The position numbers and the translations under genes are program-made. From NCBI RefSeq assembly GCF_964355755.1, contig NC_092670.1:8112201-8176200 (forward strand): a DNA stretch of 64,000 bases, given 5' to 3'. The notes under the pieces were generated by a model. The model saw nothing but the letters and a program-made list of their open reading frames with translations, was not told where the DNA came from and made no database searches. Shown here one piece after another: positions 54,501 to 64,000 of the stretch (position 1 is its first letter; every line of letters starts with the position of its first letter). Source of the DNA: Antedon mediterranea. Its lineage: Eukaryota > Animalia > Echinodermata.

Positions 54501-55163
54501 CTTTCACAAAATATCAATAAAGTACAGTTGATCCTAAAACAGCCACCAATCTATGGCAAAATACAGTAGATCAAACTGCTACCACAAAATATCACAACAG
54601 TACTGTAGATAAATACACAGTTAAGTCGAACAGTAGATCGAAATAACCGCTGCCACCAAATTATGTCACGAACTCCTCTCACGTATGTTTCCGAGCGGTT
54701 GAAAATACTTTAGGAACTCCCTTGTGACATAAAAGTATACACACAAAATCCACAAAGTTGTAAAATAACTCAAAAACAAAGCTTTAATTTCAATCAACTT
54801 CAACTTTCAACAATCCAGTAAGCACTTTAAACAACAGTTTCACAATAACTTTACAATATAATATCCAACCTCTAATCCAACCTCTAATCCAACAACCTTC
54901 TTCAAAATAAATGCTTCAATCAAAATCCTTCTCCCACTTACAATTGTCATACTTCCCCTTATATACAATATGTTCATAACCTTCTAGATCATTCCTTATA
55001 CTTCTCATTATTACACGATTACAGTTTCTATTAATAGGACTTCTGGATGTTCTTGATTGTTCTTATTAATTATACATGGTTTCTTAAATCAAAACATCTA
55101 ATTCTAGAATGTTCATGTAAATACTATGTTACTCTATATGTTAGGGAATGGTAATTTATTACA
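51570..55163 (-). mobile_element. Non-autonomous Gypsy (Gmr1-like) LTR retrotransposon
   Basis: 500-bp TG...CA LTRs (51570-52069, 54664-55163) with one mismatch seen; 5-bp TSD GTAAA; PBS TGGTGGCAGCGG (tRNA-Leu-like) at about 54647-54658; PPT AAGAGGGGGGAG at 52070-52081. Confidence 0.95.
52143..54326 (-). CDS. Gag (SCAN-like capsid, CCHC knuckle), aspartic protease, truncated integrase
   Basis: ETYRQRFRS...LKDLFTKWARP...ILEQLIDIMP..VQIWVKEHKP (SCAN-like); CRRCKKVGHIERFC; LIDSG; MPIVSEPFRQIDMNIVGSL (integrase start); no RT or RNase H. Confidence 0.9.
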   Translation of the reverse strand: MADKQSTTRSGREYSGGDETDSDVESVQSVQPEQQAEESGPTSGHNPTGADSSSKDVLLLMQQQMQQQMQQQNLMMQQMMEQQERLRKEDMEKQERLRKEDMERQERLRREDMEKQQALVMALMDKQKDSEEKRLKDIMRLKEVQIAKLSDSDDIENYLTTFERIANTYEWRKEHWVVKLIPHLTGKARAAYASLPVTESNQYDIVKKAILQRYDITEETYRQRFRSIKKKSEESYREMYVRLKDLFTKWARPADKSKDDLAEIVILEQLIDIMPTGVQIWVKEHKPDSGLNAAELADNYFQARKGIDFEKKFQNRKHENRNNQEKTVKGTPEVDSKGNNNPPDNFHKSQSDARQPLVCRRCKKVGHIERFCRSKDGFLSTKTDTVSKPCTPYVCRGLVEGCDCEILIDSGCDMTLVHSDLVAAKKINRAEQAKITFRCVHDHVQAYPTAFVNIKINNEDHNLLVGVCSDLPRDVILGRDFPKFGDLLGKRDKNHDRHSFVATRDHARKEKLREENELKSEKASGVISHQLDDVVNFQEEFGHLDGQLLSNNPPKEKVHKTRSEKRKVRKEFAKTKEAQSSQDSELDILDIGRDKIKDYQVKDRTLISLREQMLVQKDDDIIKIVCKDGILFRQVFTKHRTEPIEKLVVLYHCSNSVLKFSHDISLTEYCKASKYKTKLKAQMIPMPIVSEPFRQIDMNIVGSLLVIINDYVVCYYGVFKFYRIGVG

Positions 55164-58100
55164 GTAAACAAAATTCATTCTGTGTAGACAAAATTAATTC
55201 TGTGTTGACAAAATTAATTCTGTGTAGACAAAATTCATTCTGTAACGACAAAATTCATTTTGTGGCGACAAAATTCATTCTGTAACGACAAAATTCATTC
55301 TGTGTGGACAAAATTAATTCTGTGTAGACAAAATTCATTCTGTGTAGACAAAATTCATGCTGTAACGACAAAATTAATTCTGTGTGGACAAAATTAATTC
55401 TGTGTAGACAAAATTCATTCTGTGTAGACAAAATTCATTCTGTGTAGACAAAATGAATTTTGTTGCAACAAAATTCATTTTGTCGAGACAAAATAAATTT
55501 TGTCGCGACAAAATAAATTTTGTTAGCCGAGCCTACTCAAGCGTGGGACAAAATGTTTTTAAAAACGTTTTGTCCCACGCTTGAGTAGGCTCCGTTTTAA
55601 TATTTAAATTAGAAGGCGGAGTTTAAACGTGAAAAGGGCAAGACAGGGTGAAGCTATTATATCTTTGACATTTGTTATTGGTTAAGTTATTATGGCTGAG
55701 CATGCCTCCGTCTCTATTGCTATCATATTAATCTATTTTATAATATCAGGGAACCCCTGAAAATATCAGATATGATCAGTATTAATACTTTGACAATTTA
55801 ATATCTACGTCGTCAGTAATAATTATTATTATAATGTATTCTATATTAAAAAATCGGAAAATGGTTTTCATTAGAGCCCTGCTTATTACTTAAGTAAAAT
55901 TGTAGTAATGGGGCTATTTAATATTTTGTCGTTTAAAATATTATTTATTAATCTTATAAAATGTATATATTTTATTTTAAAATTAAAGATGTATTGTTTC
56001 CCAAAATCATGAAAAATAAAGAATAGGCCATTATGCAGTTTTATGCTTCCATAAGAAAAAAGAACGGGGAAAAAATTATTTCAACTATAAAAAGACAAAA
56101 TAAACAGTTAAATTACCCAAAAACTCATTGGCTTCCAGACAATTTGACAATTGTTTGCTTTAAATTACAGTTTTTTCAGGTAAATAATTTTTTTTCAGAC
56201 CCAATTTTTTGTGAAAGTGAATAACTATTATGTGACATTAAAATAACATATTCAACAAAAAGATTTAAAAAAAAATTTTTTTTCAGGGGACAATATAGCT
56301 TTAAGATAATAATAATCATTGCAGAAATAATGATGCTGAAAGCTGTCCGTTATTTGAAAAAAAAACATTTAAAGAACTGACTACAAAAGATTGCTCACGT
56401 TAGTTTTATTATAACAATCATCCACCCTGCGAAACCTAATAACCTTTACCCTAGAGTAGTAAGTAGGCCAGGTAGCCTATGTTGGCTAGGTTCAGGACTG
56501 ATTGCCCATAAAACATTCGATGTATAAATATCAACACCCCAGACAGTGTAATAATGACCTTTCCAGACCGAAAACCATTCTGGTTTGACTGAGGGTCTGG
56601 GCTTCTCCAAGATTACGCAAGTTGTCTAGGACCTCTTCAGGTAAAGCTTCAATAATGGGGCTATTCGATTCGATTCGAACATTCGATGTATAAATATCAA
56701 CACCCCAGACAGTGTAATAATGACCTTTCCAGACCGAAAACCATTCTGCCCGAAATTACAATACTTTCTCGATACAACTCCATATTTTATTAGTTGAAAA
56801 TGCATTTTTATTTAACATCAATCTTATCAAGCCAGGCAAAGACTGAATACGTACATTAAAAGTACAAAGAACAATGTAAACCTATAAACAATTATTTGCA
56901 ATTACCAATGTATAATAAATAAAATCAATCATGGAGAAGGTGGAAAGATTATATACACTGCCATGGGAATGGATACTTGAGTGGCGCCATATGTCAGTTG
57001 TGTTAACACCCATATAACTATTTGGTCGAAGTTGAATTATATCTTTCGAGGGTGTAAATATATAATAATATGCAACCGAGAGTAAAATTAATAGTTAAAC
57101 GTAAATTTGAAATTAAATTTAACTTTTTAACGACAATTTGCAATATCATAATCTATGGCGTACCAAACTGTCATTTATTTAGGCAACTAAAATATCTTAG
57201 TTTTTAATAGATGTTATAACCAAGATATCTTTTCAATAAAGATATCTCTATTATTCCAATTAGAGACAATAATATATGTCTTAAGAGATATATCATAGTT
57301 TTGTTCCCTTGAGTTAGGCCTATTAGCAATTTAGTATTCCTATCAAATAAACTTGGTAGGCCTATATAGACGACGCAATTCCCATAAGAATAAATAGGCC
57401 TATACTAACTATTATATTAAAATAAATGTAATAAACTAAAATCATTTCTTTACTACTCAACTTATCAGATGTTATCGTAAATAGTGTTGTCATTTTCTTT
57501 ATCAATATTATCGGTATCGATATAAATCTTCAACCATCTTTAATATTTATTACCAAAATTGGTAGGCATATAGGGCTACCCCGGAGGGCTACGTGTTCCG
57601 TTTTGCTGAATCGGAATTAATTTTAAGTATACAATAATATTGTTATACGTCAGTATAAACTGTACTTATACTCGACGCAAAGTATTCAAGTTCACCGGTG
57701 TAGAGGAGGTCGTAAAATGATATTCGCGAGCTGTTTGATCGTAGGCCTATAACTGTCAATCTTCGAGTTTCCAATAACAACCCCGCCTTCTAATTTAAAT
57801 GTTAAAACGTTTTGTCCCACGCTTGAGTAGGCTCGGCTAACAAAATTTATTTTGTCGCGACAAAATAAATTTTGTTGCAACAAAATGAATTTTGTCTACA
57901 CAGAATGAATTTTGTCTACACAGAATGAATTTTGTCTACACAGAATAAGTTTTGTCTACACAGAATACATTTTGTCGCCACAAAATGAATTTTGTCCACA
58001 CAGAATTAATTTTGTCTACACAGAATTAATTTTGTCCACACAGAATTAATTTTGTCTACACAAAATGAATTTTGTCGTTACAGAATGAATTTTGTCGCCA

Positions 58101-58465
58101 CAAAATGAATTTTGTCGTTACAGAAGGAATTTTGTCTACACAGAATTAATTTTGTCAACACAGAATTAATTTTGTCTACACAGAATGAATTTTGTTTACA
58201 CAGAATTAATTTTGTCGAGACAAAATGAATTTTGTCAAGACAAAATAAATTTTGTCCACACAGAATAAATTTTGTCAACACAAAATGAATTTTGTGTTGA
58301 CAAAATGAATTTTGTATTGACAAAATTAATTATGTGTAGACAAAATTGTAATATTTCGACAAAATTAGCATTGTCCCATACGGCGCCCCGTACCCTACCA
58401 CATGGACAATATTATTGTTACAGGGAAAATCGCGGATTACTAATTCTTGTGATATTTATTCTTTG

Positions 58466-58969
58466 GTTCTTGAGGACACACACACCACGCCACACGACAC
58501 GTGGTTGGAGGAGAATAGAGAGACACATGTGACATACACATTTCAACGGGTTGATTTCACCAAAGATAGTGTTTGAATTCACTGTAAAGATAATGTACTT
58601 ACAATACTAATGATTGATGAATATTTAAGTTAAGGTAGCTATGCTAGTTACTATACATTACTTCTAGGTATAGGCCTCCTAGGCATGTTATTTCATGAAG
58701 TGATATACTCAATGGTTAAGTAATTAATTTACTACCTAGCAGCTAGAATTTCGCTAGTATAGTAGTAACATGATAACCGATCAGTGCTACTGAAAGGTCG
58801 CAATTCAAATCGGCCGTGGTGTTACGTATTCGGTCGCTGCACCGCTCGACTTTCAGTTTCAGGAAAATATATCTATGGCTATTATTAGTATTACTAATAT
58901 TTATGACGAAATTTCTCAGGCAGAAAAATCATAAATCATTCATGAGATTAAAGCATCAATTAGGACATT
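58466..58969 (+). promoter_or_regulatory. Conserved upstream block, copy 4 (5' part at 48163-48569)
   Basis: Homologous to the other copies; precedes ZNF locus 7. Confidence 0.5.
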
Positions 58970-59930
58970 ACCAGGTCCGTAACCAACCAGGTTTGATGGC
59001 GGGGTGGATTGTTTAAATTGTTTAGTGGAACAGATTCGTGTTTCTGGACTATATAATTTGGTGTAATTTCTTCACTATTTATAGAGCGCCATATGCCATT
59101 TTTGAAGAATGTGACACTGCCAGACATACGGACGAAAAAGTATTGAAATAAGAAAAAAAGTTCATTGCGGCCTACCACGACACACTCGACGCACACCCAC
59201 CACAGATGATACGGCAACTCCCTGCTGTTATCGTTAAAAAGAGCCTGTCATAAACTCGTGCATCCACTTTAGACTAACTGACTGCGCGAAGTAGGCCTAC
59301 ACGACGTACACGCACGCGCCAGGTGATACATCCTTCCTGCGCGTTCCATAAGTTCTTTTTAAAAGATCCAAACGTCTTGGTGTTTGGTAGTTCAAATTTG
59401 TATTTTTAAGCGTAAAACTAATAATTAGTAGTAATAAATGGTTTTGGTTGTAATTAGGCTATTGACTTGTAAAATAAATTCGTAAGTCTTTTGCTAAATG
59501 AATGTCGATTTAAATTGAATAATCTCTTTTTATTAAGGCTTGACTAGGCCTGTAGTATAAAATCGTAGTGTTAGTATGCCCAGCAAAAAAAAAAGTGGGA
59601 GGCCAAACAAAACCCTGATCCCCCTGAGCCTATACCGGACTATATAATAAGTATTTATATCAGCCTTATTATATATATACAGTATATTAAAGAACTACAA
59701 CATCGTTTTAGTCATATGGTACACTACCAGCCATCTTTGAGTGACTATTCCACTGGAGTTGAATCCTTTGTTATAAAAAAAAATGCATACCGTTCACAAA
59801 TTTAATATTAAAACAATCCATTTGTTTAAATGGTTTTGTTAAAATAAGTGGTACAGTAATTGGAAATATAACAAACATAATAAAGTAAAGAAAAAGAGTA
59901 ATCAAAATTATAAATAGAGAAAATATACAA

Positions 59931-62270
59931 CTAGATTTGAACTCGTCACGGTGACGAGTTAGGCTATCCCGCAATGCATCGTAACAGTAAGCTGCACCAC
60001 AGCGATTGTACAAACAGCATAGCATCGATCAAAATCGTTTAGTTGACGGTTAGTTTTTATTTTACACCACTCGCGTTTATTTAATTGTTTGAATCTATAT
60101 ATAAATTTACGTAAGGGCAAAATTCGGTAAATCGCACCTTACTTCTACAATTTTTACTCGATGGTATATAAAGTTGGTTCGTACTTTCGGTACTGATTTT
60201 AACCACCTGATGTAACCCTGTTTACTAATTAAATTAAGTTAGATAATTAGTTACTGATGATTAAAACGAATTTAGGTTCAACGATTTGCCCCAAATAGGG
60301 GTTTTTTCCGATCGTGGTATACACTGTCTAATGGATGTCCATCTTGAAAAATACCCGCCACAAAAATGCGAGGAGGCTTCGCATTTTCCTATCTCCTACG
60401 ATAATTGTTTTTAATAGCTGAAAACCGGTTGAACAGCTAGAGTACACCATCATAATGTTGAAGACAGGCCGATTTTCTTTAAAAAATACTATTTTGATAG
60501 ATTTAATATAAGATTATACAAATGTATTGATTTGCGATGAATGGAACATCCCAATCTCTCAGTCTGCCAGAGTTTGGTTTAACACAAGTAGGTAAATTTA
60601 TGAGCCCTTGATTTAACACATACGGTAGGTAAATATATGGGCCCTTTGAGAATAAACTTCACAATACTATAAATATCTATTAACTATTTTTAGTCCTCAT
60701 TTGAATCGAACATTTCTTACTGTGAATGTTCGTACTGTTAGATGTAAAGTACTGTTAGATGTAATATAAAGTACTGTTAGATGTAAAGTACTGTTAGATG
60801 TAAAGTACTGTTAGATGTAAAGTACTGTTAGATGTAATATAAAGTACTGTTAGATGTAATATAAAGTACTGTTAGATGTAATATAAAGTACTGTTAGATG
60901 TAAAGTACTGTTAGATGTAAAGTACTGTTAGATGTAAAGTACTGTTAGATGTAAAGTACTGTTAGATGTAATATAAAAATATATACAGATAAACTTTATT
61001 AGTAAGATTGTGGATAGGATCTACTGTTAGATATATAAACACATTATTATATACAAATAAACTTTATACTGACAGTTCCTTCTCAACGTTTGTATTAATT
61101 AATAATTACCAATAAAATAAACGTCGTAGTGGTGTATCGTGACATGTACTTTAATATTTCAATCGATTATGACAGTGACAGTTTTAACAAAATCGCAAAT
61201 GTTTTACTGTATTTAGAGGTATATTATTTATAGGCCTATAAAACACGAAAACAATATTTCGTTACTGAGTGGATAAAGAATATATTTAAAAATTGTTCCT
61301 CTTTGTACCTATCCGCTTTCCCATCCCTCAACCCTAATATAAAAAAACCCATACAAAACACAAATTGGGTTTCTTTAAATGAGTCCAAATCAAAAATTTG
61401 GACTCATTTTGTGATGAGTTTCTCCTTCGGAAGTAATTCCCAGGGTGCTAATTTTAGTTGACTACTGTACATAAATCATCGTGTCTATTTATTCGTTTCT
61501 GTAAACGACAATGTATTATAGTCCTGCGGTACGTACATTTGAAATCGCCAGTTATTCGAGAACCATCTGTGGGCACGACCTAGATGGTACGCGAGCGTAC
61601 CATCTAGTATGATTAAATTTTCAAATTAAAAATAAAATTCATGTGTCTGAAGGAGAATTTTTTAAGTAATAACATTATTGAAAATTGGAAGGAAATTGAT
61701 AACGTTTATGCAATATGCGCTCTATTGAATGTGACGAACTGTGTCGAAAAGAGACAAAATTCCTTTACATTTGTGTGGCCATACGATGTTTGACGTGCCC
61801 GTGTGTCATTATTTTTTCATTCATAATTCATCAAATATGAAAGAAATATATCATAAAACTATAAAAAACAATATTCAAGCGCAAAAACGGGCTTTCTATG
61901 CTGCGTACGGGCTAAGTGCGTAAAAAGTCCTGAAAGTTGATTAGAAATTCATTTTGAGCATTTTAAACTTTTAAAGCGTGCTTACGCACGAAAATACCAA
62001 TGTTGAAAATTTTTCTGATGATACTGGAAGATGACCCTTGACATGAAGCATACATGTGTCAAGTGGTATTTAAAATATCTATTGGTTTTCAATTTATAGT
62101 CAATCTACGCGACAATATTGTCATTAAACCAAAGTTTCTTGTACAACGACATACGCGCATAACTGCTACCGCCGTTTTTTAGATTTGCATGCAACAAAAA
62201 ATGAGCAAAAAAATTGAAATTTTTGACAATAACAATAGGCTATCGCTCTACAGATAGCGAAAGCCTAATA
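59931..62270 (-). mobile_element. Non-autonomous Helentron, family 3
   Basis: Minus strand: 5' palindrome TAGGCTTTCGCT...AGCGATAGCCTA, 3' subTIR GATAGCCTA, hairpin AACTCGTCA-ccg-TGACGAGTT, CTAG. Confidence 0.75.
60731..60976. repeat. 17/22-bp minisatellite
   Basis: Unit aaagtactgttagatgt(aatat), about 13 copies. Confidence 0.9.
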
Positions 62271-62754
62271 AAAATAGAAATCAATTTTAGAAAACAAAAC
62301 TTTAAGTTTAAATTTTGCATATTAATTGTATTTTGGAATGAAGTTATTGACATATTTTTAAAGTTGAAAGTAATATAAGTGCATTCTAGCTTTTAGATGA
62401 ACGATAAGTAAAAAGTTTTGTTGCCTTGGAAACAATTCCAGGTGGGGAAAACTAAATCGTATCCTAATAGTATTAAAAGTCAATTTTTACTTCACACGCT
62501 GCATCTATTTGCTTTTGCTGTCTGGAATAATAATACAGTACTGTATTTAATAATGTATTATAAATAATTTGTAAACTATGGAAGTTTTCTTCCATAGTTA
62601 TTTATAATTTTTTTAGCCTACAAAAGTTTCATTCTTTTTGCCTTTTAGTTGTTTTTTATGGAAATATTATCTTGAAACAAATCTGTGAAAAAAAATTCTC
62701 AAACCATGAATAGTCTATTATTATTAGTTAATTTATTTTCTTACAGAATACAGC

Positions 62755-64000
62755 ATGAAATATAAATGTGAACACTGTGGAGTTAAGTTGGAATTCAGTG
62801 ACTTGAAAGAACATTTAGGATTACACAATCATTCTAAAGAAATAAAATGTGAGCTCTGTGAAGATACAATTGACAAGTGTAAGCTACATAACCAGACACC
62901 ATATGAATGTGATCATGAGGAGGAAGGAAATCGGAATTTGAAAAAACATTTGAGCACAAACACAGGAGAGACACCATATGAATGTGAGCATGAGAAGGAA
63001 GGAAATAGGAATTTGAAAAAACATTTGAGCACAAATACGGGAGAGACACCATATGAATGTGAACATGAGAAGGAAGGAAATCGGAATTTGAAAAAACATT
63101 TGAGCACAAACACAGGAGAGACACCATATGAATGTGAGCATGAGAAGGAAGGAATTCGGAATTTCAAAAAACATTTGAGCACAAACACAGGAGAGACACC
63201 ATATGAATGTGAGCATGAGAAGGAAGGAAATAAGAATTTGAAAAAACATTTGAGCACAAACACAGGAGAGACACCATATGAATGTGAACATGAGAAGGAA
63301 GGAAATTGGAATTTGAAAAAACATTTGAGCACAAACACAGGAGAGACACCATATGAATGTGAGCATGAGAAGGAAGGAAATAGGAATTTGAAAAAACATT
63401 TGAGCACAAAAGCAGGAGAGACACCATATGATTGTGAGTACGAGAAGGGAGGAAATCGGACTTTGAAAAAACATTTGAGCACAAACACAGGGGAGACAAC
63501 ATATGAATGTGAGCATGAGAAGGAAAGAAATCTGAATTTAAAAAAACATTTGAGCACAAACACAGGAGAGACACCATGTGAATGTGAGCATGAGAAGGAA
63601 GGAAATTGGATTTTGAAAACACATTTGAGCACAAAAACAGGAGAGACACCATATGAATGTGAACATTGTGGGAAGAAATTTAAACAAAGCTGGAATTTGA
63701 AAATGCATTTGAGAAAACACACAAGAGCGACACCATATGAAAATTGTGGTATGAAATTTAATCAAAATTTAAAGATTCTATTGAGAAAATACACAGGAGA
63801 GACACCATATGATTGTGAACATGGTGGTAAGAAATTTAAACAAAATGTGAATTGGAAAATACATTTGAGAAAACACAAAAGAGAGGCACCATATGAATGT
63901 GAACATTGTGGAGTGAAATTTACACGGAATGCTACTTTGTCAGCACATTTAAAAACACATAACACACCTTATGAATGTGAACATTGTGGGAAGAAATTTA
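62755..64000 (+). CDS. Type-A C2H2 ZNF locus 7 (3'-incomplete, open frame, absent from the ORF track)
   Basis: ATG at 62755 ([20 protein letters not shown]), ten 75-bp units, then fingers matching 35184-35540; no stop found up to the window end. Confidence 0.88.
   Translation, partial: MKYKCEHCGVKLEFSDLKEHLGLHNHSKEIKCELCEDTIDKCKLHNQTPYECDHEEEGNRNLKKHLSTNTGETPYECEHEKEGNRNLKKHLSTNTGETPYECEHEKEGNRNLKKHLSTNTGETPYECEHEKEGIRNFKKHLSTNTGETPYECEHEKEGNKNLKKHLSTNTGETPYECEHEKEGNWNLKKHLSTNTGETPYECEHEKEGNRNLKKHLSTKAGETPYDCEYEKGGNRTLKKHLSTNTGETTYECEHEKERNLNLKKHLSTNTGETPCECEHEKEGNWILKTHLSTKTGETPYECEHCGKKFKQSWNLKMHLRKHTRATPYENCGMKFNQNLKILLRKYTGETPYDCEHGGKKFKQNVNWKIHLRKHKREAPYECEHCGVKFTRNATLSAHLKTHNTPYECEHCGKKF
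62896..63645 (+). repeat. Ten in-frame 75-bp units (TPYECEHEKEGNRNLKKHLSTNTGE)
   Basis: Unit starts fall exactly every 75 bp from 62896 to 63571. Confidence 0.95.

Larger units (their letters stand above)
51393..58392. mobile_element. IS3EU-like foldback element, copy 2 (inverted relative to copy 1)
   Basis: Same termini as copy 1; 6-bp TSD CCCTAC; interior is the reverse complement of copy 1 without the Mutator-like MITE. Confidence 0.88.
48570..58465. mobile_element. P-like non-autonomous element hosting nested insertions
   Basis: CA...TG ends; imperfect TIR caaagaat(a)atatcacaagaat..agta.t.cgcgattt; left flank GTTGAGG, right flank GTTcttGAGG; flanks rejoin the conserved block. Confidence 0.7.

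Overview
AT-rich eukaryotic (animal) DNA, probably a marine invertebrate such as an echinoderm (inferred from the repeat families; not provable here). The window is a tandem cluster of seven same-strand, single-coding-exon C2H2 zinc-finger loci (about 1-1070, 3461-3805, 7412-9358, 12820-14202, 21295-22470, 35064-37855, 62755->64000). Most carry stops or frameshifts, and no KRAB, SCAN, SET, BTB or ZAD effector is visible in their coding exons. One subfamily ('type A') has PRDM9-like 84-bp minisatellite finger arrays: near-identical backbones, with variation concentrated in the recognition helix. The last locus has amplified an unusual 75-bp/25-aa finger-derived repeat ten times in frame. The spacers are packed with mobile DNA: a decayed Polinton/Maverick pPolB not in the ORF track, a near full-length CR1-type LINE split by a Kolobok-type element, a very young non-autonomous Gmr1-like Gypsy element with a SCAN-like capsid, two IS3EU-like foldback elements, P-like elements, three Helentron (HINE) families, mariner, Harbinger and Mutator MITEs, and satellites. 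Comparing paralogous segments shows a conserved upstream block hit repeatedly by P-like elements (empty, footprint and full states), and many TA-CAG-TA / TA-GGCC-TA micro-insertions that look like transposon excision footprints, some in frame inside ZNF exons. All alignments were made by eye.
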